This document shows, one piece after another, positions 1 to 14,047 of a DNA stretch of 64,000 nt. Made by a program: the position numbers and the translations under genes. This DNA is from the human T2T-CHM13v2.0 reference genome, Homo sapiens. The notes beneath the pieces are model-generated. The model was not told where the DNA came from. It worked only from the letters and a program-made list of their open reading frames with translations, and ran no database searches. The stretch lies in NCBI RefSeq assembly GCF_009914755.1, contig NC_060929.1. One strand, 5' to 3'. How positions within the stretch are numbered: position 1 is the first letter of the stretch; each line of letters starts with the position of its first letter.

Positions 1-586
1 TAGTCTATATAGAGACACCATGTTTACTGTTGAAATATATGTAATTTAAACATTTTTAATTAAAAGAGAATTGACATCAGGTTTTTGTTAACAATTTTCT
101 ATAATAATTTTTTACAAGCTATGATGGTTAATTTTGTGTTTCAACTTTACTGCACTAAGGGACTTCCAGATAGTTGGCAAAAGATTATTTTTAGGTGTCC
201 GTAAGGGTGTTCTGGAAGAGATCCTCATTTGAATTGATGAAGTGGGTAAAGCAGATGGCCCTTCCCCACGTGGGTGGGCATCATCCAATCTACCGAGGTC
301 CTAAATAGAACAAAAATGGCAGAGGAAGGGCAAATTCACTGTCTCTAATTGGGCTGAAACATCCAGCTTCTCCTGCCCTCAGATTTTGGCGTTCTAGCTC
401 CTTGGACCCAGACCAGAAGTTACACCACAACCATCCTCTCCCAGACTCTCAGGCCTTTGGATTCAGACGTGATTACACCACCAGCTTTCCTGGTTCTCCA
501 TTTGCAGGTTCTCTGCAGCAGATTATGGGACTTTCTGGTTTCCAAAACTGCATAAGCCAATTTCTATAATAAATCTCCTCTTATCT

Positions 587-1334
587 TGTATTAGTCTGTT
601 TTCACATTGCTATAAAGAACTACCTGAGATGGGGTAATTTATAAAGAAAAGAGGCTTAGTTGACATAGTTCTGCAGGCTGTACAAGAAGCATGGCTGGGA
701 GGCCTCAGGAAACTTATAATCATGACTCTGAAGGTGAAGGAGAAGCAAGCATGTCCTACCAAGATGGAGCAAGGGCAGGGGAGGGGAGAGAGGGTGGGGG
801 TCCGGGGTAAGTGCCACATGCTTAAACAAACAGATCTCATGGGAACTCACTCACAAGACAGCAATAAGGGGACAGTACTAAAGCATTAGAAAATACCCCC
901 ATCAGCCGGGTGCAGTGGCTCACGCCTATAATCCCAGCACTTTGAGAGGCCCAGACGGGCGGATCACGAGGTCAGGAGGTCGAGACCATCCTGGCTAACA
1001 CAGTGAAACCCCCTCTCTACTGAAAATACAAAAAAATTAGCCGGGCGTGGTGGTGGGCGCCTGTAGTCCCAGCTACTCGGGAGGCTGAGGCAGGAGAATT
1101 GTGTGAACAGGAGGCAGAGCTTGCAGTGGGCCCAGATCGCACCACTGCACTCCAGCCTGGGCGACAGAGCGAGACTCCATCTCAGGAAAAAAAAAAAAAA
1201 AAAAAGAAAATTAAAATTAAAAAAAAGAAAATACCCCCATCATCCAATTACCTCCCACAAGGCTCCTGCTTCAACACGTGGAGTTTACAATTTGACATGA
1301 GATTTAGGTGAGAACGCAAAGCCAAACCATATCA
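587..1334 (-). mobile_element. MST-family (MSTA/B-like) MaLR solo LTR, split by AluY
   Basis: TGTATTAGTCTGTTTTCACATTGCTATAAAG...GCCAAACCATATCA is the reverse complement of the MST/THE1 LTR; 5-bp TSD TATCT at 582-586 and 1335-1339. Confidence 0.88.
905..1225 (+). mobile_element. AluY
   Basis: Dimeric Alu with Y diagnostics (CTGGCTAACACAGTG, GAGCTTGCAGTG) and A tail; 17-bp TSD AGAAAATACCCCCATCA at 888-904 and 1226-1242. Confidence 0.95.
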
Positions 1335-1799
1335 TATCTGTATTTATATCAGTATCATCTATATCTCTTCTATTGGTTCTCTTCTTTGGAAAACCCTAAT
1401 ACATAAGGAAACTATCAAATGAAAAAAAAATAAACAACAAAACATTTGTAGGAAGCATGCAAGAAAGCATGGGAAGCAGTCTCTCAAATATTCTTGAATA
1501 AGCAAAATTCCTTCTTATTAGTGATTCTTTCTTTAGCATCATGTCATGAGAACAATGTACAGCTAAACAACAATAATGAGGAGAGTGGCTCAGAGATAAA
1601 GTACCCAGGGACTAGCGAATAAGGGAGAATCAAAGTGTTTGAACTGATGGATCAATCACTTTGCACATGTATAAATTGGTATCTCACTTCAAAAATATTG
1701 TTATTTCCCATTAGCTACTCTGAATTCTCTCATTCCTTTATCAGTCAAGTTTCTCCTTAGAGGAGAGCAAACTCATTGTTCTAATTTTTTATGTCGCAT

Positions 1800-3370
1800 T
1801 CATCTTTTGCCTGTTGATTTCTGACTCCTAACTCATCCAAAACTGCATTGACAATAGTTGACATTGGCTGTTTGACCTCTCAGCTGCATTTGATGACATG
1901 GACCTCTTCTTTTTCTCATTGGTTTCTGTTTTATTACTTTCTTCTGGGTCATCTCCTACTTTCTTGATGATTTCTTCTTATAACCCTATAATATCTGACT
2001 GTCATATTGCTCAGACTCTATTAGAGACATTTTCAAAAATGTCCAGAGCAACAACTCAAAGCAATTTAGTCTCTGGTCCTCAAAGAATATCAAAGGGAAT
2101 CTAACTCACCCTCACTTATCAAAGACTCCTACATCACTCACATGTTTTCTTAAACCTCACAGCTGGTCTGGAGCCTCTTATACCACAACCTCTAAATTTC
2201 TCTCTCTCAGTCCCAGATATAAGATTCTGTTTCTTTATTCTCTCACTCACTTCTTCCATCCACCCTTGATTATGTAGACTTAGTTGGTTTGTCTTCCTTT
2301 CACTTTCCTTACTACTTTGCAAAGGGGAAGAGGCAGGAAATGAGGGTCTGAATATAGATTTCTTTGTAAAGCATGGGTGAGGGGCAGAAGAAAAGTATAG
2401 AGGGGTGATGACCCACATGTAAGTACTTTGGCTTTACCACATTCTCATTCTCTTTATTTGCCCCCTCTGACTCCACCTTCCCCTGAAATGTTGGCATCTG
2501 CCAAGTTCCATGATTGAATTTCTCTTGCAGGTTTTTCTCAGCTACTTTTGTGATCCTAACTTCCTCTTTGAATGGGAATCATTAATAATTTTTCTTCTCC
2601 CATGTAAGTCTCACGTCCATCCCATACTAGACATTGCCACTTGGATAACCTACTGAATACCCAGTGTTCTCCGAATGGCACTCATCATCTCGACACATGC
2701 TTTTGCCCCACTGACCTCATGACAGTTGTTCCTTGTTGTTCAGTCCAGTAAGCTTGGCATCATCCTTGATCCACCTTCCCCATACTCCACCTCCTATCAA
2801 TAACTAAGTCTTAGGTTATCCAGTTCCAAAGTCCTCTCAGATCCATTGCTCCTTCTCCGTCCCTATATGTCTGACCTAATTTATACCATGAGTATATCTC
2901 TCCTAAACTCTTCCAACAGCACTGTAATTTTTCCTTTACCTTCAGGCTAGCTCTCCTCAAATCAATCTCCTTTGCCACTGACAAAGTGACCTATCTAAAA
3001 TGCAAATATCACCCTGTTATTATTCTACACTCCACTATTTAAAATGCATCAGTGCCTGCCCCATTATCTATAAGATTCTGGATCCTTTAAGATCTGAGCT
3101 CTACCAGTCTCTCTCTTTAGGCTACACTCTTCTGAAAGGTTTTCCAATGCCTCACAAAGTATGTCATTCTAGCCTCTGTGCCTTGGCTTGTGCTTTTCTC
3201 TTCCTCTGAACTGTCCTTTTTACTCCACTGGTTAATGCTACCTCCTCTCTTTACCCCTCTCTACTAGACTGAGATAAATGACTCACCTTGGTGTTGCTGT
3301 TCCCATCTTATGCTATTTATCTCATTGTATTTTCATGTCTGCTTATTATTGTTTTATAAATTTCTTCTAA
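1800..3370 (+). mobile_element. Highly decayed L2 fragments (discontinuous)
   Basis: Pyrimidine-rich L2-like motifs (GACCTCTCAGCTGCATTTGA, CATCCTTGATCC, CCTCTGTGCCTTGGCTTGTGCT); boundaries approximate. Confidence 0.5.
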
Positions 3371-3419
3371 GTGTTTTAAGGACTATCAGACTGGAATCCA
3401 AGTTTAGTTAGGGGAAAAA

Positions 3420-3530
3420 ATCACTGAACTAGAAATCATGAGGATTTGGGGTCAAGTCAGATCAGCTATTAATTTGCTGTGAAATCTTGGTCAAGTCACT
3501 CCCCTTCTCTGGTTCATCTTTCATAGGAGA
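3420..3530 (+). mobile_element. MIR fragment
   Basis: GCTGTGAAATCTTGGTCAAGTCACTCCCCTTCTCTG resembles the MIR core. Confidence 0.6.
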
Positions 3531-3547
3531 AATCTGGTCCAATCTTT

Positions 3548-3592
3548 CATAGTAGATTAAGATTATGAAGCACATAATCTTAATCTACTATG
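3548..3592. repeat. Perfect 20-bp inverted repeat with 5-nt loop
   Basis: CATAGTAGATTAAGATTATG-AAGCA-CATAATCTTAATCTACTATG. Confidence 0.97.
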
Positions 3593-3729
3593 CTCTGATT
3601 CCGTTCTATACCTTCTATACTATACATTCTATACTGCCATGTTAAAAGAGAGTGTTCACTGATGTTCACTCACTATCCTTTCTAATTTCCCTTCATTACT
3701 CTGCTTTCTTTATCAAGGGTTTTATTAAA

Positions 3730-3899
3730 AGTAGTTGTTCTCAACCCTGAATCTCTGTGCTACTTTAAAAAATACAGATGGCTGGGCTCTGTTCCAAGAG
3801 ATTCTGGTATTGTTGGTCTGGTATAGTACTCTGTTATCAGTATTTTTTTAAAAAGCACTTCCAATGATTCTAATATGCAGTCAAGATTAAGAACCATTG
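3730..3899. mobile_element. MER5B-like hAT relic
   Basis: AGTAGTTGTTCTCAACCCTG...ATGATTCTAATATGCAGTCAAGATTAAGAACCATTG. Confidence 0.7.
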
Positions 3900-3907
3900 A
3901 CATAAAA

Positions 3908-4050
3908 CAGTGATTCTCAAAGTATGGTCCCCAGACCAGCAGCATCAGCATCACCTGCGAACTTTTCAGCAACTAAATTCTTGGGCTCCAACCCAGGCCT
4001 GTTGAATTAGAAACTCCTATCCCTATAGGAGATTCTGAAACACACGAATT
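3908..4050. mobile_element. MER5A hAT relic
   Basis: CAGTGATTCTCAAAGTATGGTCCCCAGACCAGCAGCATCAGCATCACCTG. Confidence 0.8.
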
Positions 4051-4934
4051 CATTGACTCTCCTTGAATTCTTCCTTCCCAAGACCAACAAACAGGAATTA
4101 GAGGGCAGTGCTAAAGTTTTAGAGCATTGTTTCTTAGGGTGTTTATCTTTAAAAATGTTCTCTCAGACAACCAAAATCAGATTCTAAAAAGTTGTTTATG
4201 CCATCCTTACATCTAAGTAGAGAGCCTCTTTGGCGGAACCAGAGTTGACATTTAAAATAAAATTAGGTCAAGGCATAGAATGAAATGATGAAATTTATCT
4301 TGGAGAGCAGTGAGGCATTTCTCTGGCTAGGACTTAGGATGGGAGTGAGAATCAGGCACGGATGTTGTTCACATGGCAGGACCTTTGGAAGAAGGCTTGC
4401 TAGAATTGGTAATGATGTTGCCTCTTTCTTGCATGTAAATCTCTGATATCTAACTCTTTCTCACAAGTCCTAAAATGAAATATATAGTCTGGGTCAGGGG
4501 GAGGTTACCAGTCAGCCAACATTCAGAGAATTGGGTATTTTTCCTAATTAGTGTCCTGTGAAATAAAGCATTGGTTTTAAATCCGTACAACTTGACTGCT
4601 TGACCTTATGTCAGCATTGGTAATATTTTAGCTTCATAATTTTGTCCACATCATCCTCTTATCATCTAAAGGTGGGGGGTACAGATGATAGCAACATGTA
4701 CTAATTTTCACTCTCTCAATTCATTTCGACCACAAGGTAGTGGGAGACATACTCTATGGGGGATAGAGATAGATTCTTGTCCTAATGTTTGCTTTTTTAT
4801 CTGTTCAAGAAATTTCTCTTAGCTAAATTATAGAGCTGTGGAAATGTAATTATTCAATCATCAATTCATTCTTGAACAAAATATTTCTGTTTGAAAACAA
4901 TAGTTTTATAGTTATCACATTTTAAAATATACAG

Positions 4935-5075
4935 TTATTTATTTGTTTAATTATTTGTCAAGTTCTCTCAACAGACTGTAAGACTTATTAAGACAAGACC
5001 ATGTCAGTTTTTTTAACCACAGTATAGCCAGTATCCAGCACTTGGTAGGCACTCATTATGTAGTGAATAAATGAA
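4935..5075 (+). mobile_element. L2 3' end
   Basis: AGACTGTAAG...CAGCACTTGGTAGGCACTCA...TGAATAAATGAA. Confidence 0.65.
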
Positions 5076-5254
5076 ATACTGAATGGCTGCATCAAGTGTA
5101 ATACAGGGGGAGAAAAGAGTACCATGATCAGACATGGCAGGCTCATAGCATAGTCTGGGGAAGGTGTAAAGACAAATACAGATTAAAAATAAGAGGCTAA
5201 ATTCTCCCTGTTAAAAAGAAGGGAAGAGATTTTCTGTCTCTCCTTTTTTCCTAG

Positions 5255-5390
5255 TACCTAGGTGAGGGGTTGATAGGTGCAGCAAACTACTATGGCAAAT
5301 GTTTACCTATGTAACAAACCTGCACATCATGCACATGTTTCCTAGACGAGAACTTAAAATGAAATAAAATAAAATTAAAATTAAAAAGAC
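5255..5390 (+). mobile_element. Short L1PA 3'-end fragment with A-rich tail
   Basis: TTGATAGGTGCAGCAAAC...TTACCTATGTAACAAACCTGCACATC followed by an AAAAT tail. Confidence 0.85.
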
Positions 5391-5515
5391 AAAAAAGTAA
5401 AATTTCTAATGTAAACACTTTCTCTTTGAAATATATAAAAATTATTTTATCAGCTTCATTACCAAGGAATGTCTTTCTCAAGGACCTGAGAGCCATCTCT
5501 TTGAACTGCAAGCAT

Positions 5516-6438
5516 TTTTTTTAAAAAAAGGGATTTTTCATTTTTTGCTTGTTGATTTAAGTTCCATATAGATTCTAGATATGAGACCTTTGTTGGATGC
5601 ATAGTTTGCATCTATTTTCTCCCATTCTGTAGGTTGTCTATAGACACTTCTCAACAGAAGACAGACACACAGCCAACAAATATATGAAAAAATGCTGATA
5701 TCACTAATCATTACAGAAATGCAAATCAAAATTATAACGAGACAGTCAGAATGGCTATTAATAAAAAAACAAAAAAAAAACAAATACTGTAAAGGCTGCA
5801 GAGAAAAAGGAACACTTACACAGTGCTGGTGAAAATATAAATTAGTTCAGCTGTGGAAAGCAGTTTGGAGATTTCTCAAAGAACTTAGAATTACCATTCA
5901 ACCAAGCAATCCCACAATTGAGTATATACACAGAGGAAAACAAATTGTTCCACCAAAAAGACACAAGTACTTGTATGTTCATTGTAGCACTACTCATGAT
6001 TGCAAAGACATAGAATCAACCTATGTGCTCATCAGTGGTAAACTGGATAAAGAAAATGTGGTACATATACATCATGGAATATCACACAGCCATAGAAAAG
6101 AAATGAAATCATATCCTTTGCAGCAACATAGATGCAGCTGGAGGCCATTATCCTAAGAGAACTAAGGAAGGAACAGAAAACAAATATGGCATGTTCTCAC
6201 TTATAAATTGGAGCTAAACACTGAATACACATGGACACAAAGAAGAGAACAACAGGCACTGGGGACTGCATGACAGGGGAGGGGGGTGTGGGTTGGATGG
6301 CTACCTATCTGGTACTATGCTGACTACTTTGGTGACAGGAGCTTTCATACACCAAGCCTCAGTGGCATGCAATTTACCCATATAACAAATCTGCACAAGT
6401 ACTCCCTGAACTTAAAATTTAAAAAAAAATTTAAATAA
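5516..6438 (+). mobile_element. 5'-truncated, 5'-inverted older primate L1 (L1PA15/16 or L1PB-like); 5516-5640 is inverted
   Basis: Minus-strand ORF2 peptide [21 protein letters not shown], then plus-strand ORF2 end, 3' UTR and tail; TSD GAA(C/G)TGCAAGCAT at 5503-5515 and 6439-6451. Confidence 0.88.
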
Positions 6439-6510
6439 GAAGTGCAAGCATCAAGAGAGTTGGCACGTCTATCTCCCAGTTTCTGTGGCTGGATAAAAAT
6501 CTAACTTCAG

Positions 6511-8537
<2,027 letters not shown>

Positions 8538-9309
8538 AAATCTAACTTCAGTGGGCATCTTGCTGCAAGTTGCAAAACTACCTCCTACCATAAAGGTGTG
8601 AGAAGGTTGTTGTGTGTGTGCATGTGTGTGTGTTTTTTTCTAGATAAAGCTAATAAGGTAACACAGATGTTTACCCCAATTACCAGGGTCCCATGAACTA
8701 TGTATATCAGATAGTACTGTAAAGTCCTTACATACTATAAAAACATGTACATAATTTATTGTATCTGCTTGGCTATAAAAAGGGTGTAACTTCTTTCTGT
8801 CTTTGTTATCTCTTAGGGGATTGCCTGTGATATGCATTATATTTTGGTTCAATGTTCATTTAAGAATAAAACTCTTTTCTGTCTATACTACCTTTGTGGA
8901 GAGGTTTTCTGGGATGGGAGATTTTGTTTTCAATTGTATTTTCCCAATACAGATAAGGGACAACCAATGGAGAACTGATAGGAGGGCAGAAGTTACCTGT
9001 GTGAAGAAGTGGAAGAGTGTCTCAGTCATGTGAAAAGGAACACAGATATCAGAAGGAACTAGTTGCAAGAGAAATGCAGGGAAGAACCAGGCACTAAAGA
9101 GCCTCCTAAGTTATGTTAAGGGATTTGAGCTTTATCCTGAGGTAAACTGAACAAGCAAGGTGGTATTATAATAGGATTTGCCTTTAGGAACCATCACTCT
9201 TACCATAATGAGCAGAAAGAATTGGAAAGAAGTGTCAGTGGATATAAAAAAATAAAGTTAGGTGAGAGATTCAGTTATCAAAATGGGTTATAATGATAAC
9301 AGCAATGAT

Positions 9310-9525
9310 AATAATGGTAATTGTCACTGCAACTAATACTTTCTTGAGCTATGTGCTGGTCCTTCTTCTAAGCCCTTCACATGTATGATCATTAATTTTC
9401 ACAATGCTATGAGGTTTATTATCATCTCTGTCTACAGGTGATAAAACTGAAGCATAAACAGATTAAATGACTTATTCACAGTTATTATGAGATAGAGTGG
9501 GAGTATGAACCCTGGTTCCAGGGAT
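9310..9525 (-). mobile_element. MIR
   Basis: TACAGGTGATAAAACTGAAGCATAAACAGATTAAATGACTT is the antisense MIR core. Confidence 0.75.
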
Positions 9526-9773
9526 AGTTCTCTCACTGTCTCATGATACCATAGTTTGGATGAGGGTGGTGGCTGTACACTGTCTCACGATACCATAATA
9601 CTCTACACTGTCTCATGATACCGTGATTTGGATAAGGGTGATGGCAAAATGGATGGGCATAGGTAGATTGATTCAAGAAATACGTAGAAGGTAAAATAGG
9701 ATGTGAGGATTGACTGGATATGGAGAATGGGCAAGAAAAATATGTTAAGGATGTTGCTAGTTTCAGATACTGA

Positions 9774-11428
9774 TGTCATGGGATCCTTGGGGTCTTGCTT
9801 TGCCAGCCAGAAAACTCTGTGGCCGGTTGCACCTTCTGCCTGAGTTTTGCTCACATCTGCTGGGCTTGCTCCTCCCACTCGGCCCAGCAGGGTCTGCTCA
9901 CACTACTGGCCTGAATCCCACACTTGCCAAGGGCAAGCCAGGTGCAGGGTGGTGAGGGGTGCATGGCACATGAAAGTGAAGAGTGAGTGACTGCTCCCAC
10001 TCTTGGTGCCTGCTCCGGGGTGAAGCAAAGTTGTGGCTGAGCCCAGGTGTTTTCACAACCCCAGCTGGGTGTGCATGTGCTAAGGGTGGCACTGACATCC
10101 CAGCCCCCTGCTGCCTCATCCCCATCTGGACTTTGGGCACACATGGGCACAGGAGGGAGTCCAAGGGAGTACTCAGGGTGGCTCTGTGTGGGCCTGCAGG
10201 CACCCTTTGGCAGGAACAGCCTGGGCACCATGGACAACATGATTGGTGGTGGCAGGAGGCAGACAGGCTCCTGGGCAGAAAGGGGCAGGTCCCTGGTGAA
10301 GCTCCACCTTCAAGCTGGGGTTGGCCTGAAGCCTGGGAACCAGGCTGTCAGTTCCTAGTGGCCCCAAGTGAGAACTTATTGTACATTTTCCAGGCCCACC
10401 CATGGTCACCTGTGGACCAATCAGCATGCACTTCCTCCCTTCTGAGCCCATAAAAACCCTGGACCCAGCCAGGCTCACACACGCATCAGGACTATCAGCT
10501 GTGGGAAGGAGTCACCCAATTCAGGTCTCCTCAGCTCATTAGGTTGATTTGCCTGCATAAAGGAGCTGTCCACTCAGTCCACTCAGTGGAGAGTGTCTTC
10601 TCTCCACTGAGAGCTGGACACTTATTGGGACAACCTGCTTGCAGAAAGGAACTACCCACTCTGGGTCTCCTCTCCACTGAGGGCTGCGCTCATCAGGATG
10701 ACCTGCCTGCAGTAAGGAGCTAACCACTTCAAGTCTCCCAAGAGCTGTTCTGTCGCTCAATAAAGCACCTCTCTGCCTTGCTCACCCTCCAGTTATCTAT
10801 GTACCTCATTCTTCCAGGACGGAAGACAAAAACTCGGGACCTGCCAAATGGTGGGACTGAAAGAGGTGTAACACAAACAGGGCTGATACATACTCCCATC
10901 TCCCGCCACACACCCTACTTGCCACATTGTAGGCAACAAGAAGGAGAGAAGAGCTGCAGCCTTTCAGACAGCCCAGACCTAGGGGCTTCCTGAGCCAGGG
11001 CTGTGACACCCTCTTTGGGGCTCTGTGGTTCCTGGCATCTCCAAGCTTCCAGGCAGCACCACATTCCCCTTGTACAAACACAGGTGCCCACAGCAGAAGA
11101 TACTTGTGCATCAGATCCAACCGCAGGCTTGCATGGAGCTGGCGCCTGTGCCTGCAACTGGAGCTGCCCGCCCCATGACAGCAGCTGGCGTGCCCAGCTG
11201 TGTGCAGTGGCCAGACCCTGTGCTTGCTTGCTCATGCACCCCTTGCTGCTCCACACCTGGCTCACCACTGGCAGGCGTGGGAGCTGAGCAAGTAGTGTGA
11301 GCTGAGCACAGCCCAGCAGGTTGACTCAGCAGAATGAGCCCAGGGAGCCCAAGCAAAACTTAGGCAAAGGCACCACTGGCCACAGAGGTTTCTGGCTGGA
11401 AAAGTGACACCCCAAGGATCCTGAGACA
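9774..11428 (+). mobile_element. MER52-family (ERV1) long solo LTR
   Basis: TGTCATGGGATCCTTGGGG...CCCCAAGGATCCTGAGACA with long inverted termini; CCAAT and ATAAAA near 10417-10456; AATAAA at 10759; internal tandem units. Confidence 0.88.
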
Positions 11429-13502
11429 CAGGCCATTCACTGAGGCAGAAGTACAAAGAACACAGCAGTTTTGGAAGAGAAGTAAGAGAACTTGTAGGAC
11501 AGTTGCACTGAGGAGCGGGGTAAAGATTTCCAATGAGGTGGTTATTATGTAGCTCTGAAGCTCAGAAAGGAAGACATCTCTGGGCACATGGATAGCAACT
11601 GAAGTTGTAGGAACAGACCAGAACACCCTAGGAGAATGAGCACAGTAATAAGAAGAGGTATGATCCAACTCCAGGGGAACAGCAAGAAAAGAAACGTCAC
11701 CCCACAGGAGATTAAGAAGGCATGTCCAGAGAAGTTTAGGAAAAAAATATTAGGAGAGTTTGGTATTTGCAAAGCCCAGAGAAAAGAATGTTCCCCAAAG
11801 GAGGTATGGTTAGTAGTGTTAAGAGCTGCCACAAAAATCTTCTCAGGCTCAGAAAGAAGAGAGTCTGGGACCCTCCCTGCCAAACCATCATCCAGTCTGA
11901 ACATAAACTAACTCAGTATCTCAAGAAAGATTAACATGGCAAGACTGTGACTTGAATTTAGTTTTAAAAGTTTAGACCGCGATGACTTTTCCCCTACTGG
12001 TATGCCATATTGCTTTCCTTCTGTAAAGCTAAATATGTAAAATAAGACATCACAAATTCTCCTGCTGCCTCAGGAAAAAAAGTGCAGAAAATGAAGACTT
12101 GTGCAGTAAGCCATCTGAGAATTTGTCTCTGGAAAATCAAAACCAGCCATTTTCATAGTTTCCCCTTAAAGCTCTGCAGGTGACAAGGATGCTATTTACT
12201 CTGCAGCCTTCCCTTATTTGTGACCTGCATCTCTTAGTATCATTTTATTAGTTGGCAAGTAACTTGGCATTTTCTTTTGGAAGCAGCTTTGGGGTGAGTT
12301 AATGATGTTTGCAGAGATTTTCTTTCTTTTTAAGATCTCCTAATGGGATTTTTGGCTGGTTTGTGTAGGTTAATATGGAGCCTAATATTTATGTTTGAAA
12401 ATTTGGGAGAATGACTAAATAACATTTTCATTCTATGCATCAAGGAAAATTCATTTCATTTTGTCACCTGACATTTGAAGATAGCTTTAAGGTTTTATTT
12501 TCTCTCTCCCTTTATTCATTCCCTCCCAAGCTCTTCTCTACTTCTCCTGCTGTCCCCACTATTGGATTGTTCATCTTTATCAGTTTGGAAACAGAATTGC
12601 AATGTGATTTTCCACTTGGTTTCTAGTGGAATGGAATTTTTGGAAGTTTTTCTATCTTCTGGCTGCATGTGGGTAATAAGGAACACTCTCTCCATCAGGG
12701 CTCAGAAAACATTACAATACATACCTAAGAGGAATGGTTGAGGCCTGAAGTTGAGGTGCCTAGGTCAGTATATAAAATAAGGCCAGACTTGAAGAAATGG
12801 AGAAAGTAATGAACTACTGGCGGGTCTTAAAGGGCTAAGGGAAACTCTTTTTACCTTTTCCTTGTCTCTCTGTATTGAGTCCTCATAGAAATGAGCTAGT
12901 GTCGGTTGGAATTTTGTGCAGGGCTCTGCCAATCAAGTTTTAGTACCTGATAGGGGTGATAAATGATAGCTCGAGATAAGATGTGAGATAGTGAACAGAA
13001 TGTCTTTCCTGACAGTGCCAGGTAGGCTTTTTTTCCCCTTAATTTTATAAGTGAAAATCACCAAGTTTGGCTTCATTCAGTTCTGAACATCCACTCCTAG
13101 CTTTGCTACTGTTTGCTGAACATTTAGCAACTTCTGTAATGACTCTGGGCTTTGCTTTCTCTACCTTGAAATGCAAGCAGCATCGTCCCATCTTGCCAGG
13201 ACAGTGGGATATGGGATATTTAGGTTGCAGGGAAAGAGAAATCAGCTCTGTGGGCACCTAATCTCTTGCAATCTCCCTGCACTACAAATTAAGGTCCTAG
13301 CTGGGATACCACTTGTAGGGATGCAGGGTGTCATTGCTTCTAAAAAATTAACTGAAGAGCCTTCCTTTTCAGGAAGAGAAGCATGGAAAATTCTAAGCTG
13401 CTAATAACTCCTCTGAGGAGCTCGTAGACTCAAGGTGGTAGAAGGTAGAGGTGACTAAGGCTTTCTGGAGCCTGGGGGAACATGAGCCACAGTGCAGATG
13501 TT

Positions 13503-14047
13503 CTGTAGGAGGCTGCCTACCTTCACTTCCCTGATAGTAGTTGCTGGCAACTACTCTCTGCTCCAGCATTATTGGGAGAAGGATTCTCCCTCACTCCCCA
13601 CGTTGTGGGTAGAAGGTGGTGATGCATCTCCTGGACTTCAGGGATGGGCACATGACCTGGATCTGGCAATGAGATTATAGTACTCCCTTGGCCACCATGA
13701 CTGGGTCAGTGTCAGCCAGAGGAAACTAGTTGAGTGTGTGTCAAGTGCAAGTAGCATCCGCCACCTTCTTTCTTTTGGGGTTGCCAAGCCAGAGGAATGT
13801 AAGCCTGGATCTGCCATTGGACATCTTTGCCACCAAGTAAGTGCAGCTGGAGAATGGAGTGAGCAGAGAGGGAAACGCAGAGGAGAGATGGATTTCTGAC
13901 AACATCAAAACCACTCGAGCATCTCTTTTCTGCTGTGCCTGAAGCTAGACCTACCCCAGAACTTTTCAATTATTGAACCAGCTTTTCAGCTTAAGAAAAT
14001 TTTTGATAACTTTTATGTTACTTGCAACCCAAAGAACCCTAATATGA
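13503..14047 (+). mobile_element. Old MaLR LTR (MLT1J/K-like)
   Basis: GGGATGGGCACATGACC, GCTGTGCCTGAAGCTAGAC, GTTACTTGCAACCCAAAGA. Confidence 0.65.

Larger units (their letters stand above)
120..1403 (+). mobile_element. MLT2-family (ERVL) solo LTR, split by an MST LTR (pieces 120-586 and 1340-1403)
   Basis: Starts TATGATGGTTAATTTTGTGTTTCAACTT and ends CTATTGGTTCT...GAAAACCCTAATACA, matching recalled MLT2 termini. Confidence 0.85.
9050..11840 (-). mobile_element. Decayed L2, interrupted by MIR and MER52 (pieces about 9050-9300, 9625-9770, 11430-11840)
   Basis: Purine-rich antisense L2 motifs (GGATTTGAGCTTTATCCTGAGG, GCCATTCACTGAG, AAGCCCAGAGAAAAGAATGTT). Confidence 0.55.

Noticed and set aside
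9773-11456. Cluster of overlapping 60-156 aa ORFs
   Set aside because: All lie in the GC-rich MER52 LTR, occur in many frames on both strands, and show no recognisable domain
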